From the NCBI GenBank assembly GCA_963666835.2, contig CAXXGO010000003.1, forward strand, positions 192,001-256,000: 64,000 nucleotides of DNA. Direction: 5' to 3'. The notes beneath the pieces were generated by a model that was given only the letters and a program-made list of their open reading frames with translations, did not search any database and was not told the origin of the DNA. The position numbers and the translations under genes were made by a program. Numbering within the stretch: position 1 is the stretch's first letter; every line of letters starts with the position of its first letter. Source of the stretch: Phycisphaerae bacterium (GTDB lineage Bacteria > Planctomycetota > Phycisphaerae > UBA1845). This document shows positions 9,262 through 18,447 of the stretch, piece after piece.

Positions 9262-10038
9262 ATGAGCATGTCTGAGGAGGTGAGGCAAGTGAGGCACAAC
9301 GGGGTACGGATGATACGAACGGAACTGGAAACGCCGCGTCAGAGGGCGAATCGGGCGCGGCTTGTCATCGTGGCCGAGAAGGAAGCGGAATCCCCGTTGG
9401 ATCTGAACCGGCACCTTGAGGAGGCGGGCTACTCTTGTTGTCAGGTGGTCGATGAAGACCGTCTGGTTCTGTCGGTGAGACGACGGGTCCCCGATCTGGT
9501 CATTCTAAACCGCACCCAGGCGGTGAACGAGGGTCGGAATCTCATCGCGGAACTCAGGCAGGATCCCCTTACCGCGGATATCCCGATCGTCGTGGTGATT
9601 CCCCGCGGCGGCACAACCGAGACCCTGATTGCGTTCGCTCTGGGGGCGGATGAGTGTCTTAGCCGCCCATTTTCCGCGCGGCTTTTCGTGGCCCGCGTAA
9701 CCGCCCTGTTGCGGCGCGCTCAGCCCGTTAGGGCTATCAGTGACGAAACGCACATCGGTCCTATATACGTGGATCCGGCGGCATGCACGGTCGAAGTTGA
9801 AGGCGAGCCCGTGCGGCTCACTCCGACGGAATTCAATCTGCTCTGGGCGGTGACGTCCAACGGTGATCGGGTGACCCGAAGGGGCGACCTGCTTAGAACC
9901 GTCTTTGCGACGACGGATCCTACCGATCGGCGGATCGATGTTCACATGGCCAGCCTGCGCAAGAAGCTGGGAGATGCCGGTGAGTGGCTCCAGACTATAC
10001 GCGGCGCCGGCTATGCATACCGCGCCCCGCAGGAGTGA
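9262..10038 (+). CDS. OmpR/PhoB-family response regulator with atypical receiver domain
   Basis: wHTH motifs LTPTEFNLL, RIDVHMASLRKKLG, QTIRGAGY. Receiver has DLVILN in place of DLxxLD. Start uncertain. Confidence 0.85.
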   Translation: MSMSEEVRQVRHNGVRMIRTELETPRQRANRARLVIVAEKEAESPLDLNRHLEEAGYSCCQVVDEDRLVLSVRRRVPDLVILNRTQAVNEGRNLIAELRQDPLTADIPIVVVIPRGGTTETLIAFALGADECLSRPFSARLFVARVTALLRRAQPVRAISDETHIGPIYVDPAACTVEVEGEPVRLTPTEFNLLWAVTSNGDRVTRRGDLLRTVFATTDPTDRRIDVHMASLRKKLGDAGEWLQTIRGAGYAYRAPQE

Positions 10039-10141
10039 ATGGTCTTTCATTAGTCCCCGGTATCGGGCCGTGCAGGCCCGTTGTCACCAACGATTCAGGA
10101 AACGGCGGTTTTGCCTGCGAACGAGTTCTGGTTTGCGCATT

Positions 10142-10171
10142 CTTAATCCGGTTTTAACTGCGCCTTAGTTG
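10142..10171 (+). promoter_or_regulatory. Triple 11-bp-periodic YTTAA box upstream of surface protein gene
   Basis: CTTAATCC-ggt-TTTAACTG-cgc-CTTAGTTG; TTAA/TTAG at 10143, 10154, 10165. Confidence 0.5.
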
Positions 10172-10300
10172 TATCTTTACGGCCCGCGATCGAAGATCTT
10201 GCGCGTTGCGAAAAAAGCGGCCTGGTGGCGGCTTGAGCGTAGTATCCAGGAGCGGAGCGGACAAATGGCTGAAGAACAGAGGAAAGGAGCACGGGGAATC

Positions 10301-13285
10301 ATGAGCGTTAATCGCGGAATTCGCGGGCTTTCGGGGAGGATCCTGCTAAGTGTGATCCTGGCCGGGGCATTGCTGGCACCGGCCTACGCGCAGGTGGCAA
10401 TCAACGAGGTCCGGATCGATCAGACGAGCACGGATAACGATGAGTATATGGAGCTTGCAGGCGGGAGCGGCACGGCGCTCGATGGGCTGACCTACTTGGT
10501 AATCGGCGATGGCAGCGGCGGAAGCGGCGTTATTGAGGCCGTGGTCGACCTCACCGGATTCGCCATCCCGACTGGTGGGTTCTTCGTTGCCGCGGAATCG
10601 ACCTTCACGGCGGGTACCGCCGACATGGTGACCAGTCTCAATTTCGAAAACAGCGACAACGTCACGCACATGGTCGTAAGCGGGTTTAGCGGAGCCGATG
10701 GCGACGACCTGGACACGGACGATGACGGCGTGCTCGACGTTACCCCTTGGACTGCGATCGTCGATTGTGTTGCCTTGATCGAGACGGTCGGCTCGGGCGA
10801 TTTGGTGTACTGCAGCGAGACCGTCGGACCGGACGGCTCCTATGTGCCCGGACACGCGTATCGGTGTCCGGATCAGAGCGGCAGTTGGGTGATTGGTTCC
10901 TTCGATCTGGGTGTTGACGATACGCCCGGGGCTGCGAATGCCTGTGTAGTCCCGACCGGAGCCTGCTGTGATGAGACCAGCGGCGATTGCACTGAGGATG
11001 TGACCGAGGCAAGCTGCACCGGAGCCGGCAACCGCTACGGTGGTGACGACTCGACTTGTGCTACTATCGACCCGCCGTGTGTGGGGATTGCCACGGGGGC
11101 CTGTTGCGTGGCCCACGCATGTATCGACGACCTTACCGAGGCCGATTGCACTCCTCAGGGCGGCGTGTTCCAGGGCGGCGGAAGCACTTGCGCTTCCACA
11201 ACCTGCCCGACCCCGCCGTCGGTCATCATCAGTGAGATCATGTACAACCCCAACAGTAACGAAGGCAGCAGCCCGGATTACATCAATCTCGTCGAATGGG
11301 TCGAAATCTACAACAATGGAGACACAACTGTCGACATCACCGGTTGGGGATTGATGGATGAGGACCCCAGCGGCGATTGGCTGGCAGCGGGCCCCATTCC
11401 GGCGGCTACGATTGCTGCAGGTGAGGCCGTTGTGCTTATCCCCGGCCCGGATACTCAGGGAGGGGCATCGCCTGGTCTGAGCGTTGCCGATTTCCAGGCC
11501 GCGTGGGGTGCGGGCTATCAGGTGGTCCCCATCGATAACTGGGGCGACAACCTCTACAGCTTGTCCAACAGTCCCGACCTGACCAGTGAGATCGTGACTC
11601 TGACGGACGCATCGGGTGTGGCCGTCGACGTCGCCAACTACGACGACTCCTACCCCACGGACAACGGCTGGCCCAATCCCTTCCCCGGGGGCCCGAGCAT
11701 CTACGTTAAGTGTTTCGCCCTCGATGGTGCTCAGAACGACCTGGGCACCAGTTGGGATCTGTCGACGGACGGCGTCGACGGGGCCTTCATCGTAACGCCC
11801 ACCGCCGTCTTTGACGGAGTGGACGTCGGTTCGCCTGGGTTCGTCTTCGAGTGTTCCGGGTTGGTCGGGGCATGTTGCGACTGGGCCACCTACACTTGTA
11901 CTGACGACGTGGCAGCCGTCGATTGCCAGGGAGACGATCAGGAATGGACTGCAAGCACGCTATGCTCGGAACTCGATCCGCCGTGCCTGCCGCCGGTGTA
12001 CACCGGAGCGTGCTGCTTCGCGGGTTTCTGTGCCGATGATCTCGAGCAGGCCGATTGCGAGGCCGGCGGCGGTGTATACCAGGGCGATGACAGTCTCTGC
12101 AGCGGCGTCACCTGTCCGGCAGGTCCCGCGGTTGTGATCAACGAGGTCCGGATCGATCAGTCCTCGGCGGATGACGACGAGTACTTCGAGCTGGCCGGCG
12201 ATGCCGGGGCGTCCTTGGATGGGCTCACCTATCTCGTCATCGGTGACGGCGACGGGGATGGCGGGACGGTCGAGGCGGTGATTCCGCTGACTGGTTCGGC
12301 AATCCCGGGTAGCGGCTTCTTCGTGGCGGCCGAGAGCACTTTCACGCTGGGTACCGCGGACTTGGTCACGAATATCAACTTCGAAAACAGCGACAACGTG
12401 ACTCACCTGCTGGTTGCCGGGTTCAGCGGCGCGGACGGTGATGATCTCGATACCGATGACGATTGTGTGTTGGACGTCATGCCGTGGGCCGGGGAGTATG
12501 ATCGGGTTGCGTTGGTTGAGACGGACAACCCGCCCGTGGACACTGAATGCCACTATGGTCCGGCGCAAGTCGGTCCGGACGGCACCTATGTGCCGGGGCA
12601 CGCCTACCGCTGTGCGGATCTTTCCGGTACCTGGCGCCTTGGCGGCTTCACCCTGGGTGAAGATGATACGCCCGGCGCCGCGAACGCTTGTGGCGCTTGC
12701 TGTGCGGACGGGGCTTGCAGCGAAGGCTCCTGCGGCGAGTGCGCCGGTGCCTTCCAGGGCACGGGGTCGGTTTGCACCACCGAGCAGGCCTGCTGTCTGC
12801 CCGATGGCACCTGCACGATGGCGGATGTTCTCTGTTGCGAAAACGAGCTCGGCGGTACTCCGCAGGGTGACGGTTCCGAGTGCGGCGGGATGGAAGCGTG
12901 CTGCCTGGGCGACGGCACTTGCACGATGGCCGACGCTCTGTGCTGCGTCAACGAGCTTGGCGGCACCCCGCAAGGTCCGAGCAGCATCTGCGAAGGTGAT
13001 ACCGATTCCGACGGCCTTGACGGAGCCTGTGGCGACGAATGCCCGCTTGACGCCGACAAGTACGTGCCCGGCCTGTGTGGATGCGGGACTCCCGACGTCG
13101 ACACCGACGGCGACGGAGTGCCGGACTGCAACGACTTGTGCCCGGGTGTGGATGACGACGCTTTTGGTCCTGGATGTGCCGATGCGATTCCGACGGTTTC
13201 GCAGTGGGGTCTCGTAGTCCTGGCCCTTTTGCTGCTGACCGTGAGTAAGGTCCGTTTTGCCGGTCGTTCTACAACGGCTGCGTAG
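10301..13285 (+). CDS. Large secreted surface protein: lamin-tail-like domains, Cys-rich GACC repeats, thrombospondin-3-like Asp/Cys stalk, IPTL-CTERM-like anchor
   Basis: Start ATG 10301 with AAAGGAG upstream; signal peptide ...APAYA. Duplicated INEVRIDQ...DDTPGAANAC domain; IISEIMYNP...EWVEIYN lamin-tail-like domain; IPTVSQWGLVVLALLLL end. Confidence 0.85.
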   Translation: MSVNRGIRGLSGRILLSVILAGALLAPAYAQVAINEVRIDQTSTDNDEYMELAGGSGTALDGLTYLVIGDGSGGSGVIEAVVDLTGFAIPTGGFFVAAESTFTAGTADMVTSLNFENSDNVTHMVVSGFSGADGDDLDTDDDGVLDVTPWTAIVDCVALIETVGSGDLVYCSETVGPDGSYVPGHAYRCPDQSGSWVIGSFDLGVDDTPGAANACVVPTGACCDETSGDCTEDVTEASCTGAGNRYGGDDSTCATIDPPCVGIATGACCVAHACIDDLTEADCTPQGGVFQGGGSTCASTTCPTPPSVIISEIMYNPNSNEGSSPDYINLVEWVEIYNNGDTTVDITGWGLMDEDPSGDWLAAGPIPAATIAAGEAVVLIPGPDTQGGASPGLSVADFQAAWGAGYQVVPIDNWGDNLYSLSNSPDLTSEIVTLTDASGVAVDVANYDDSYPTDNGWPNPFPGGPSIYVKCFALDGAQNDLGTSWDLSTDGVDGAFIVTPTAVFDGVDVGSPGFVFECSGLVGACCDWATYTCTDDVAAVDCQGDDQEWTASTLCSELDPPCLPPVYTGACCFAGFCADDLEQADCEAGGGVYQGDDSLCSGVTCPAGPAVVINEVRIDQSSADDDEYFELAGDAGASLDGLTYLVIGDGDGDGGTVEAVIPLTGSAIPGSGFFVAAESTFTLGTADLVTNINFENSDNVTHLLVAGFSGADGDDLDTDDDCVLDVMPWAGEYDRVALVETDNPPVDTECHYGPAQVGPDGTYVPGHAYRCADLSGTWRLGGFTLGEDDTPGAANACGACCADGACSEGSCGECAGAFQGTGSVCTTEQACCLPDGTCTMADVLCCENELGGTPQGDGSECGGMEACCLGDGTCTMADALCCVNELGGTPQGPSSICEGDTDSDGLDGACGDECPLDADKYVPGLCGCGTPDVDTDGDGVPDCNDLCPGVDDDAFGPGCADAIPTVSQWGLVVLALLLLTVSKVRFAGRSTTAA

Positions 13286-13310
13286 AAACTCGCGGACGAT
13301 AACCTGACTG

Positions 13311-13341
13311 GCGGCCGGGGGCTTCGCTCGCTCCCGGCCGC
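13311..13341. terminator. Hairpin between convergent genes, possible terminator
   Basis: Stem GCGGCCGGG/CCCGGCCGC just downstream of the stop at 13285; weak U-tract. Confidence 0.45.
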
Positions 13342-13511
13342 TATTGTATAGGTGCAGGCGATGACGCCGCGGGTGCATAGTCTGTTAAGGCTGCGATCGA
13401 CGCGGGAAACGCCGGGAATGTGATGACCATGGCACCCGGCGCATACCTTACCGCCGTCACTTACTCAGGCGGGGACAACGCTCGATGATCCGAGTATCCA
13501 ACCGTTTTCGG

Positions 13512-14798
13512 TTAGCCGCGGCTCCTTTTCCGTACCAGGCGAGCGTAGGACCGGTCGAGCATCCGCTCATACTGTTTGGACCCTGCCAAGTCGTAGTACT
13601 TTGGCCCACGACATTGCGCCGTCGATCCCTGACTCGGTCCGCTGCCGCTCCGCTCCGTAACGTTCACGATGCAGCGAAGAGCCCCGCCTCTGGTGTATAC
13701 GCGGGATACATCGATAGTCTCTACGTCAAACCCTAAGCCGAGGTAGATAGCCGCGGCAGCACGATCCAAATCCGGAATGTCATAGGTCGGCATATACAAA
13801 GTTCTTCTGCCGCCTCGGTGGTCCATCAGAACGTTGTTGTACGTGATCATCCAGCCTTCGCTCGAGTTCACCAGTGCGGGCAGGCGGATCACCTTGTATC
13901 CGCGGTTCAGGGCAAGCGAAGCTATATCATCCAGCCGATCCTGTGTCGTATCGGATTCGCAGGCGTTGAATCCTGCAACAACATCGTCTGAATCGTCATC
14001 CGAATACCGCGTCAGGATCAGCTCGGCCATTCGCGGATTCGCAATAAGAACGGTGTCATCGGAAACTGGTGTCAAATACATGTCGACGTGGCACCAAGGT
14101 ACGTCGCCGTCCTTGCCGGCCACAGGGATGTACGTGCGCCCGAACACGGTGCTCAGCTCATTAGCGACAGCCGACCTTCCGATAGCGATATTCTCATTCA
14201 GGACATTCGCGCCCACAAAGACATGCCTTAGGTTGGAGACAACATTGCCGCCCTCCAGGTGAAGGTGCGTATCCAACGTGCGGGGCAGCAGTTGTGCCTC
14301 GGTCAGTAGCTCCAAGGCCAGAAGGTCGTTCCGTTTCTCGGGCTCGTAGGAGTCGTTACCGGCCGGAACGAAGCTGGAGACTTCCTGCGAGGACTGCTCC
14401 TGCTGCCGCGCGATGTATCGATCGCGAGCCCAGATGGATATCGGGAAGCCGACGTTTACGACGTCTACCGCCCAATGCTCGGTTGCCGTTCCCCACGTGT
14501 CGGAAAAGTCTTCGGCGGCCGAGGCGGAGGGGCAGATTACGGTCACCTGGACGCCCGTTGGCAAAACCCGGAAGAGATCCTCGTAAACCGGGGCCAGCTC
14601 ACTACTCAGCCCCGGATCGTAGTGCAGGAGAATAGCGGCGATGGCTCCCTCTGAGTCCGCCAGTACATTTGCCCCGGCCTCAGCGGGTACCTGCAAGGTC
14701 TGCCCGTTAACCTCCCCGGTGGTTGCCAAGAGGGCGACGAACAGTACGGCAGTCGTGAAGACGTACCACTGCCTGAACCCCGATAACCTAACCTTCAC
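13512..14798 (-). CDS. Secreted agmatine/peptidylarginine deiminase-like (pentein superfamily) enzyme
   Basis: Motifs IWARD, LEGGN, WCHVDMY, ITYNN, GGALRCIV; N-terminal hydrophobic signal. Confidence 0.8.
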   Translation of the reverse strand: MKVRLSGFRQWYVFTTAVLFVALLATTGEVNGQTLQVPAEAGANVLADSEGAIAAILLHYDPGLSSELAPVYEDLFRVLPTGVQVTVICPSASAAEDFSDTWGTATEHWAVDVVNVGFPISIWARDRYIARQQEQSSQEVSSFVPAGNDSYEPEKRNDLLALELLTEAQLLPRTLDTHLHLEGGNVVSNLRHVFVGANVLNENIAIGRSAVANELSTVFGRTYIPVAGKDGDVPWCHVDMYLTPVSDDTVLIANPRMAELILTRYSDDDSDDVVAGFNACESDTTQDRLDDIASLALNRGYKVIRLPALVNSSEGWMITYNNVLMDHRGGRRTLYMPTYDIPDLDRAAAAIYLGLGFDVETIDVSRVYTRGGALRCIVNVTERSGSGPSQGSTAQCRGPKYYDLAGSKQYERMLDRSYARLVRKRSRG

Positions 14799-15112
14799 GC
14801 TTGTTCTCCGCGACGAACGCAGTACGCGGCCTGCCGTGCCCGGCTTCCGGTCGCAAGACGATTCCCCGGTGGGATCGCACCTTGCGCCCGGGGGCGGTGA
14901 TTACCCGCGCGCTCTATCTTGAGATTGTCGGCCGCCACTCTGAGCGCAGGATGAACCCGGCATTAAAACGCCTTAATCTTCGCAACGTAGACCTCAATCC
15001 ACTGTTGCCGGACGAAATAAGCGTCGGATAATGGCGTTCTGGATGTGCCGGTTCCGTGGTCTAGTTGCGTTGCCTTTGGGGGCGACATCAGAACAACCAT
15101 CGAGGGACGGGG

Positions 15113-15814
15113 ATGCGAGTCTTGGTGATCGAAGACAATCCGAAGATGGCCGGGCTGCTCCGGCAGGGGTTGACCGAGAACGGATACGCCGTTGATGTCG
15201 TTACCTCCGGTCGCGAAGGCGAGGAGCTGGCGGCGGGCCACCCCTATGACGCCGTCGTCCTTGACGTCATGCTGCCCGACCTTGACGGGCTTCAGATATG
15301 CGCCAACCTGCGGCGGCAACGTGTGGCCACCCCCATTCTGATGCTCACCGCTCTTTCCACGACGGGTGACAAGGTCAAAGGCCTCGATGCCGGTGCCGAC
15401 GACTATCTGACCAAGCCTTTTGAGCTCGAGGAACTACTCGCTCGTCTCCGGGCTCTGCTGCGCCGCGGCAAGGGGCAGGGGGCCACAAGGCTGAAGTTTG
15501 CGGATCTCAAACTCGACCTGCTGACGCGAAGGGTCACGCGGAGCGGCATGCAGATCAAGCTCTCGTCACGGGAGTTTGCCCTGCTGGAGTATTTCATGCG
15601 AAATCCCGATCGCGTGCTGAGTCGAACGGCGATTGCCGAGCACGTCTGGGACATGAATTTCGATAGCGACAGCAACGTCATTGACGTCTACGTCAGCATG
15701 TTGAGACGAAAGATGGATCGCGGTTTCGAGCAACGACTGATCCATACAATCATCGGCTCCGGATATGTTCTTCGAGCAGAGAACGATGCCGGCCGTTCAG
15801 GGCCGAGTGAGTAG
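15113..15814 (+). CDS. OmpR-family response regulator (CusR/CopR-like)
   Basis: MRVLVIED, VVLDVMLP, GADDYLTKPF, NVIDVYVSMLRRK, IHTIIGSGY; start ATG 15113. Confidence 0.92.
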   Translation: MRVLVIEDNPKMAGLLRQGLTENGYAVDVVTSGREGEELAAGHPYDAVVLDVMLPDLDGLQICANLRRQRVATPILMLTALSTTGDKVKGLDAGADDYLTKPFELEELLARLRALLRRGKGQGATRLKFADLKLDLLTRRVTRSGMQIKLSSREFALLEYFMRNPDRVLSRTAIAEHVWDMNFDSDSNVIDVYVSMLRRKMDRGFEQRLIHTIIGSGYVLRAENDAGRSGPSE

Positions 15815-15820
15815 CGCAAC

Positions 15821-17332
15821 ATGATTCGCAAGCTTCAGACATTACGCGCCAGGCTTGCGGTTCTTCTGCTGATTGTGTTCGGTGTGATCCTGAGCGGATT
15901 GAGCGCTTCGGTACTCAAACTGAGAGAACGCTATCTGCGGGAGGATTTCGACGACCGGCTGAATGATCGCGCTGAGGCCGTCATCGATACCGTTTCCGCA
16001 ACGACTGGTGACGCAGCAATGTCAGAATGGAGCGAGCCGCTCCGGAATCGCCTCAGTCGTTATCGGTTTCCAGGATACTTCATTCAAGTCCGATTGCCGG
16101 ATCACACCGTTGTCGCCCGGTCGCCGCGGCTTGAGGACAATGATCTGGTGTTGAGTTCCCAGGCAAGCACCGCCGGAGAGTCACCGCCCGTAACATACGA
16201 GACGGTTACCGGTCAGGTAGCGGGCGACCTGCTCGGTCCCGGCGGACAACTCCGTGTTCTGACACGTTACCACCGCGAACCGGGTGAGCCGGAGTTCTGC
16301 GTCCAAGTCGCTGCGGACCTCAGTCGGGTCAATCAATCTCTGAGCAACCTCCGGCGTGTGTTTCTCTTTGTTATTGCGATCGGTCTGGTCTTAACCGGCG
16401 TGGCCTCGTGGCTGATCGCGAAACGCTCCCTTGCGCCGCTGAACGCGATCACGACGATAGCGGATAAGCTGAGCGCAGACGATCTCTCGCATAGGCTCCA
16501 GCAACCCAAAGGACGGGATGAAGTTGCTGTTATGGTTGCGACGATCAACCGGATGCTCGATCGGCTCGGCAGCGCCTTCGGAGCGCAGGAGAAGTTCATT
16601 GCTGACGTGGCCCACGAGTTGAAGACGCCGCTGGCCATCCTGCTTGGCGAAGCTCAGGTGCTTTCGCAGCAGGAGCGCTCCGAGCAACAGTATGGGCGTT
16701 TCATTGCAAGCGTTCAGGACGAAGTCCGAACCTTGGCCCAGACGGTTGACAGCCTCTTGACCCTTGCGCGCGCGGAGGCGGGGCTTCCGATGGCTGGGGC
16801 CGACGACGTTTCCATTAACGAATCCGTTACCGATGCGGTTGAACGCTGCAATACGTTGGCTGAGCAGCGATCTGTCCGGGTGATACCAGTCCTTGCGGTG
16901 GCAACGGCAACTGAAGCGGAGCCGACCGTGACGGGAGACGGACCATTGTTGCGGCTTATGTTCTCGAATCTGCTGAGGAATGCGATTCGGCACTCTCCCT
17001 CGGGCGAAACGGTCAATGTTACCGTTACGCAGAACGAAGACATCAAGGTGAGTGTTCGTGACCGGGGTCCCGGGATCCCCGACGAATACCTTGACAAAGT
17101 CTTTGATCGGTTCTTCCGGGTGCCGGACCGTGCGACTACATTCCAAAGCACCGGGCTGGGCCTGACGTTGGTTCGCGGTATCGCTCGCCTGCACGGTGGG
17201 GGGGTGTCCGTGTCGAATCGCGCCGACGGGGGCTGTGAGTTCGTGGTCCGGTTGCCACCGGCCGAGCAAGAGATGACCCGGCAAGATCGAGCAGCCGTTA
17301 ACGGGAATGACACGGCGAGAACGGCGGATTAG
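15821..17332 (+). CDS. Sensor histidine kinase (2 TM, HAMP, HisKA, HATPase)
   Basis: H-box ADVAHELKTPL, N-box NLLRNAIRHS, DRGPGI, GLGL. Confidence 0.93.
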   Translation: MIRKLQTLRARLAVLLLIVFGVILSGLSASVLKLRERYLREDFDDRLNDRAEAVIDTVSATTGDAAMSEWSEPLRNRLSRYRFPGYFIQVRLPDHTVVARSPRLEDNDLVLSSQASTAGESPPVTYETVTGQVAGDLLGPGGQLRVLTRYHREPGEPEFCVQVAADLSRVNQSLSNLRRVFLFVIAIGLVLTGVASWLIAKRSLAPLNAITTIADKLSADDLSHRLQQPKGRDEVAVMVATINRMLDRLGSAFGAQEKFIADVAHELKTPLAILLGEAQVLSQQERSEQQYGRFIASVQDEVRTLAQTVDSLLTLARAEAGLPMAGADDVSINESVTDAVERCNTLAEQRSVRVIPVLAVATATEAEPTVTGDGPLLRLMFSNLLRNAIRHSPSGETVNVTVTQNEDIKVSVRDRGPGIPDEYLDKVFDRFFRVPDRATTFQSTGLGLTLVRGIARLHGGGVSVSNRADGGCEFVVRLPPAEQEMTRQDRAAVNGNDTARTAD

Positions 17333-17776
17333 CGTCTGAGAGCAGTGATTGTCGGCAACCGCGAGAGCCGAAGAGCAATCACTCACTTCGGCACTCCGAA
17401 TCGCGAGAGGATCGGTCTGACGACGCTTCCGCGGATGGCGAATCCCCACACACCGTTGTCTCGCAAGACGCCGCAAGTAGCGAACGCACCGTCCGCCCGA
17501 TGCGGCTTCATGTCCACAGAAACCAGCCTGCGCGGGCAGAAAACCAGGCCATGACGCTTCTGAGTGGGTCGTCGAGTCCAGCAGTACTTTATGGGGTTGC
17601 ATTTACGAAGCGCGTCCGGTATTATGACAGCATAGTCAATACGCGAATTGGGAGGCGGCATCGCCTCTATGGTCGCGTAAGCCTGATCTTCCGGAGGACA
17701 GAGCCATGTCACGAATCGGATTCGGTCTGGCGTTGGGGTTGGTTGCGCTTTGCACGCCGACCGCGCAGGCGGAGCT

Positions 17777-18392
17777 GGGTGGCCCATGGCTTTAGCCGTG
17801 CGGGACAGACAGTCTGTTGCCGGGTGGCCCATGGCTTTAGCCGTGGGGGACAGATGATCTGCTGGGCCGTGGAGTGTCATTGTATGGGCACTGGCGTCGC
17901 GAAGTTCGGATCATCGGGTCCCCCACCTCTAAAGGGGCGGGCCACCCCCTGGGAATGTAGGCGGGTCTACGCGCGAAAGTCGCCGATGCGGCAGGAGTCT
18001 GGGCAACGGTCGCCATTGCGGCAGGTCTCGTGCCTCGACCTGCCCTACGAAGGGTGTCGCGTGGGTGTCATGGGCCAACTTGTTGGCCCGTGGCGTCGCG
18101 TGATGCCGATATGCAGGCGGGGCCGGCGATGCGCGGCCTGGTAGTCTGGCAGCGTCGGGTAGCAAGACGAGGTTGCGGCAGGTCTCGTGCCTCGACCTGC
18201 CCTACGAAGGGTGTCGCGTGGGTGTCATGGGCCAACTTGTTGGCCCGTGGCGTCGCGTGATGCCGGCCCGGTGGCCCATGGCTTCAGCGGATTGCGGTAT
18301 TAGCCCGTCAGGGCGGAAGATCTTCAAAGCCCGTGGCGTGAGCCACGGGAATGCGGGTGTTGGACGAAGGAAGCCCCGCCAGGGGCGGCACT
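17777..18392. repeat. Mosaic REP/REPIN cluster
   Basis: GGGTGGCCCATGGCTTTAGCCGTG copies at 17777 and 17822 with an inverted partner at 17919-17947. Exact 93-bp direct repeat at 18016-18108 and 18173-18265. Three-hairpin arm at 18301-18392. Confidence 0.85.
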
Positions 18393-18447
18393 TAGTCGGG
18401 ATGGCGTTGAGTTTCGAAGGACCACATGCCGGATGGAGGTAGTGAAG

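Noticed and set aside
11960..13378. 472-aa minus-strand ORF and similar long antisense ORFs (16391-17602, 24396-25535, 38724-39707, 50978-52081, 60163-61149, 61841-62938, 62689-63750)
   Set aside because: They overlap well-supported genes on the opposite strand, as expected in high-GC coding DNA.
17345..18442. ORFs across the first repeat cluster
   Set aside because: Translations mostly reflect REP repeats (KAMGHP, RQVSCLDLPY); no RBS or family motifs.
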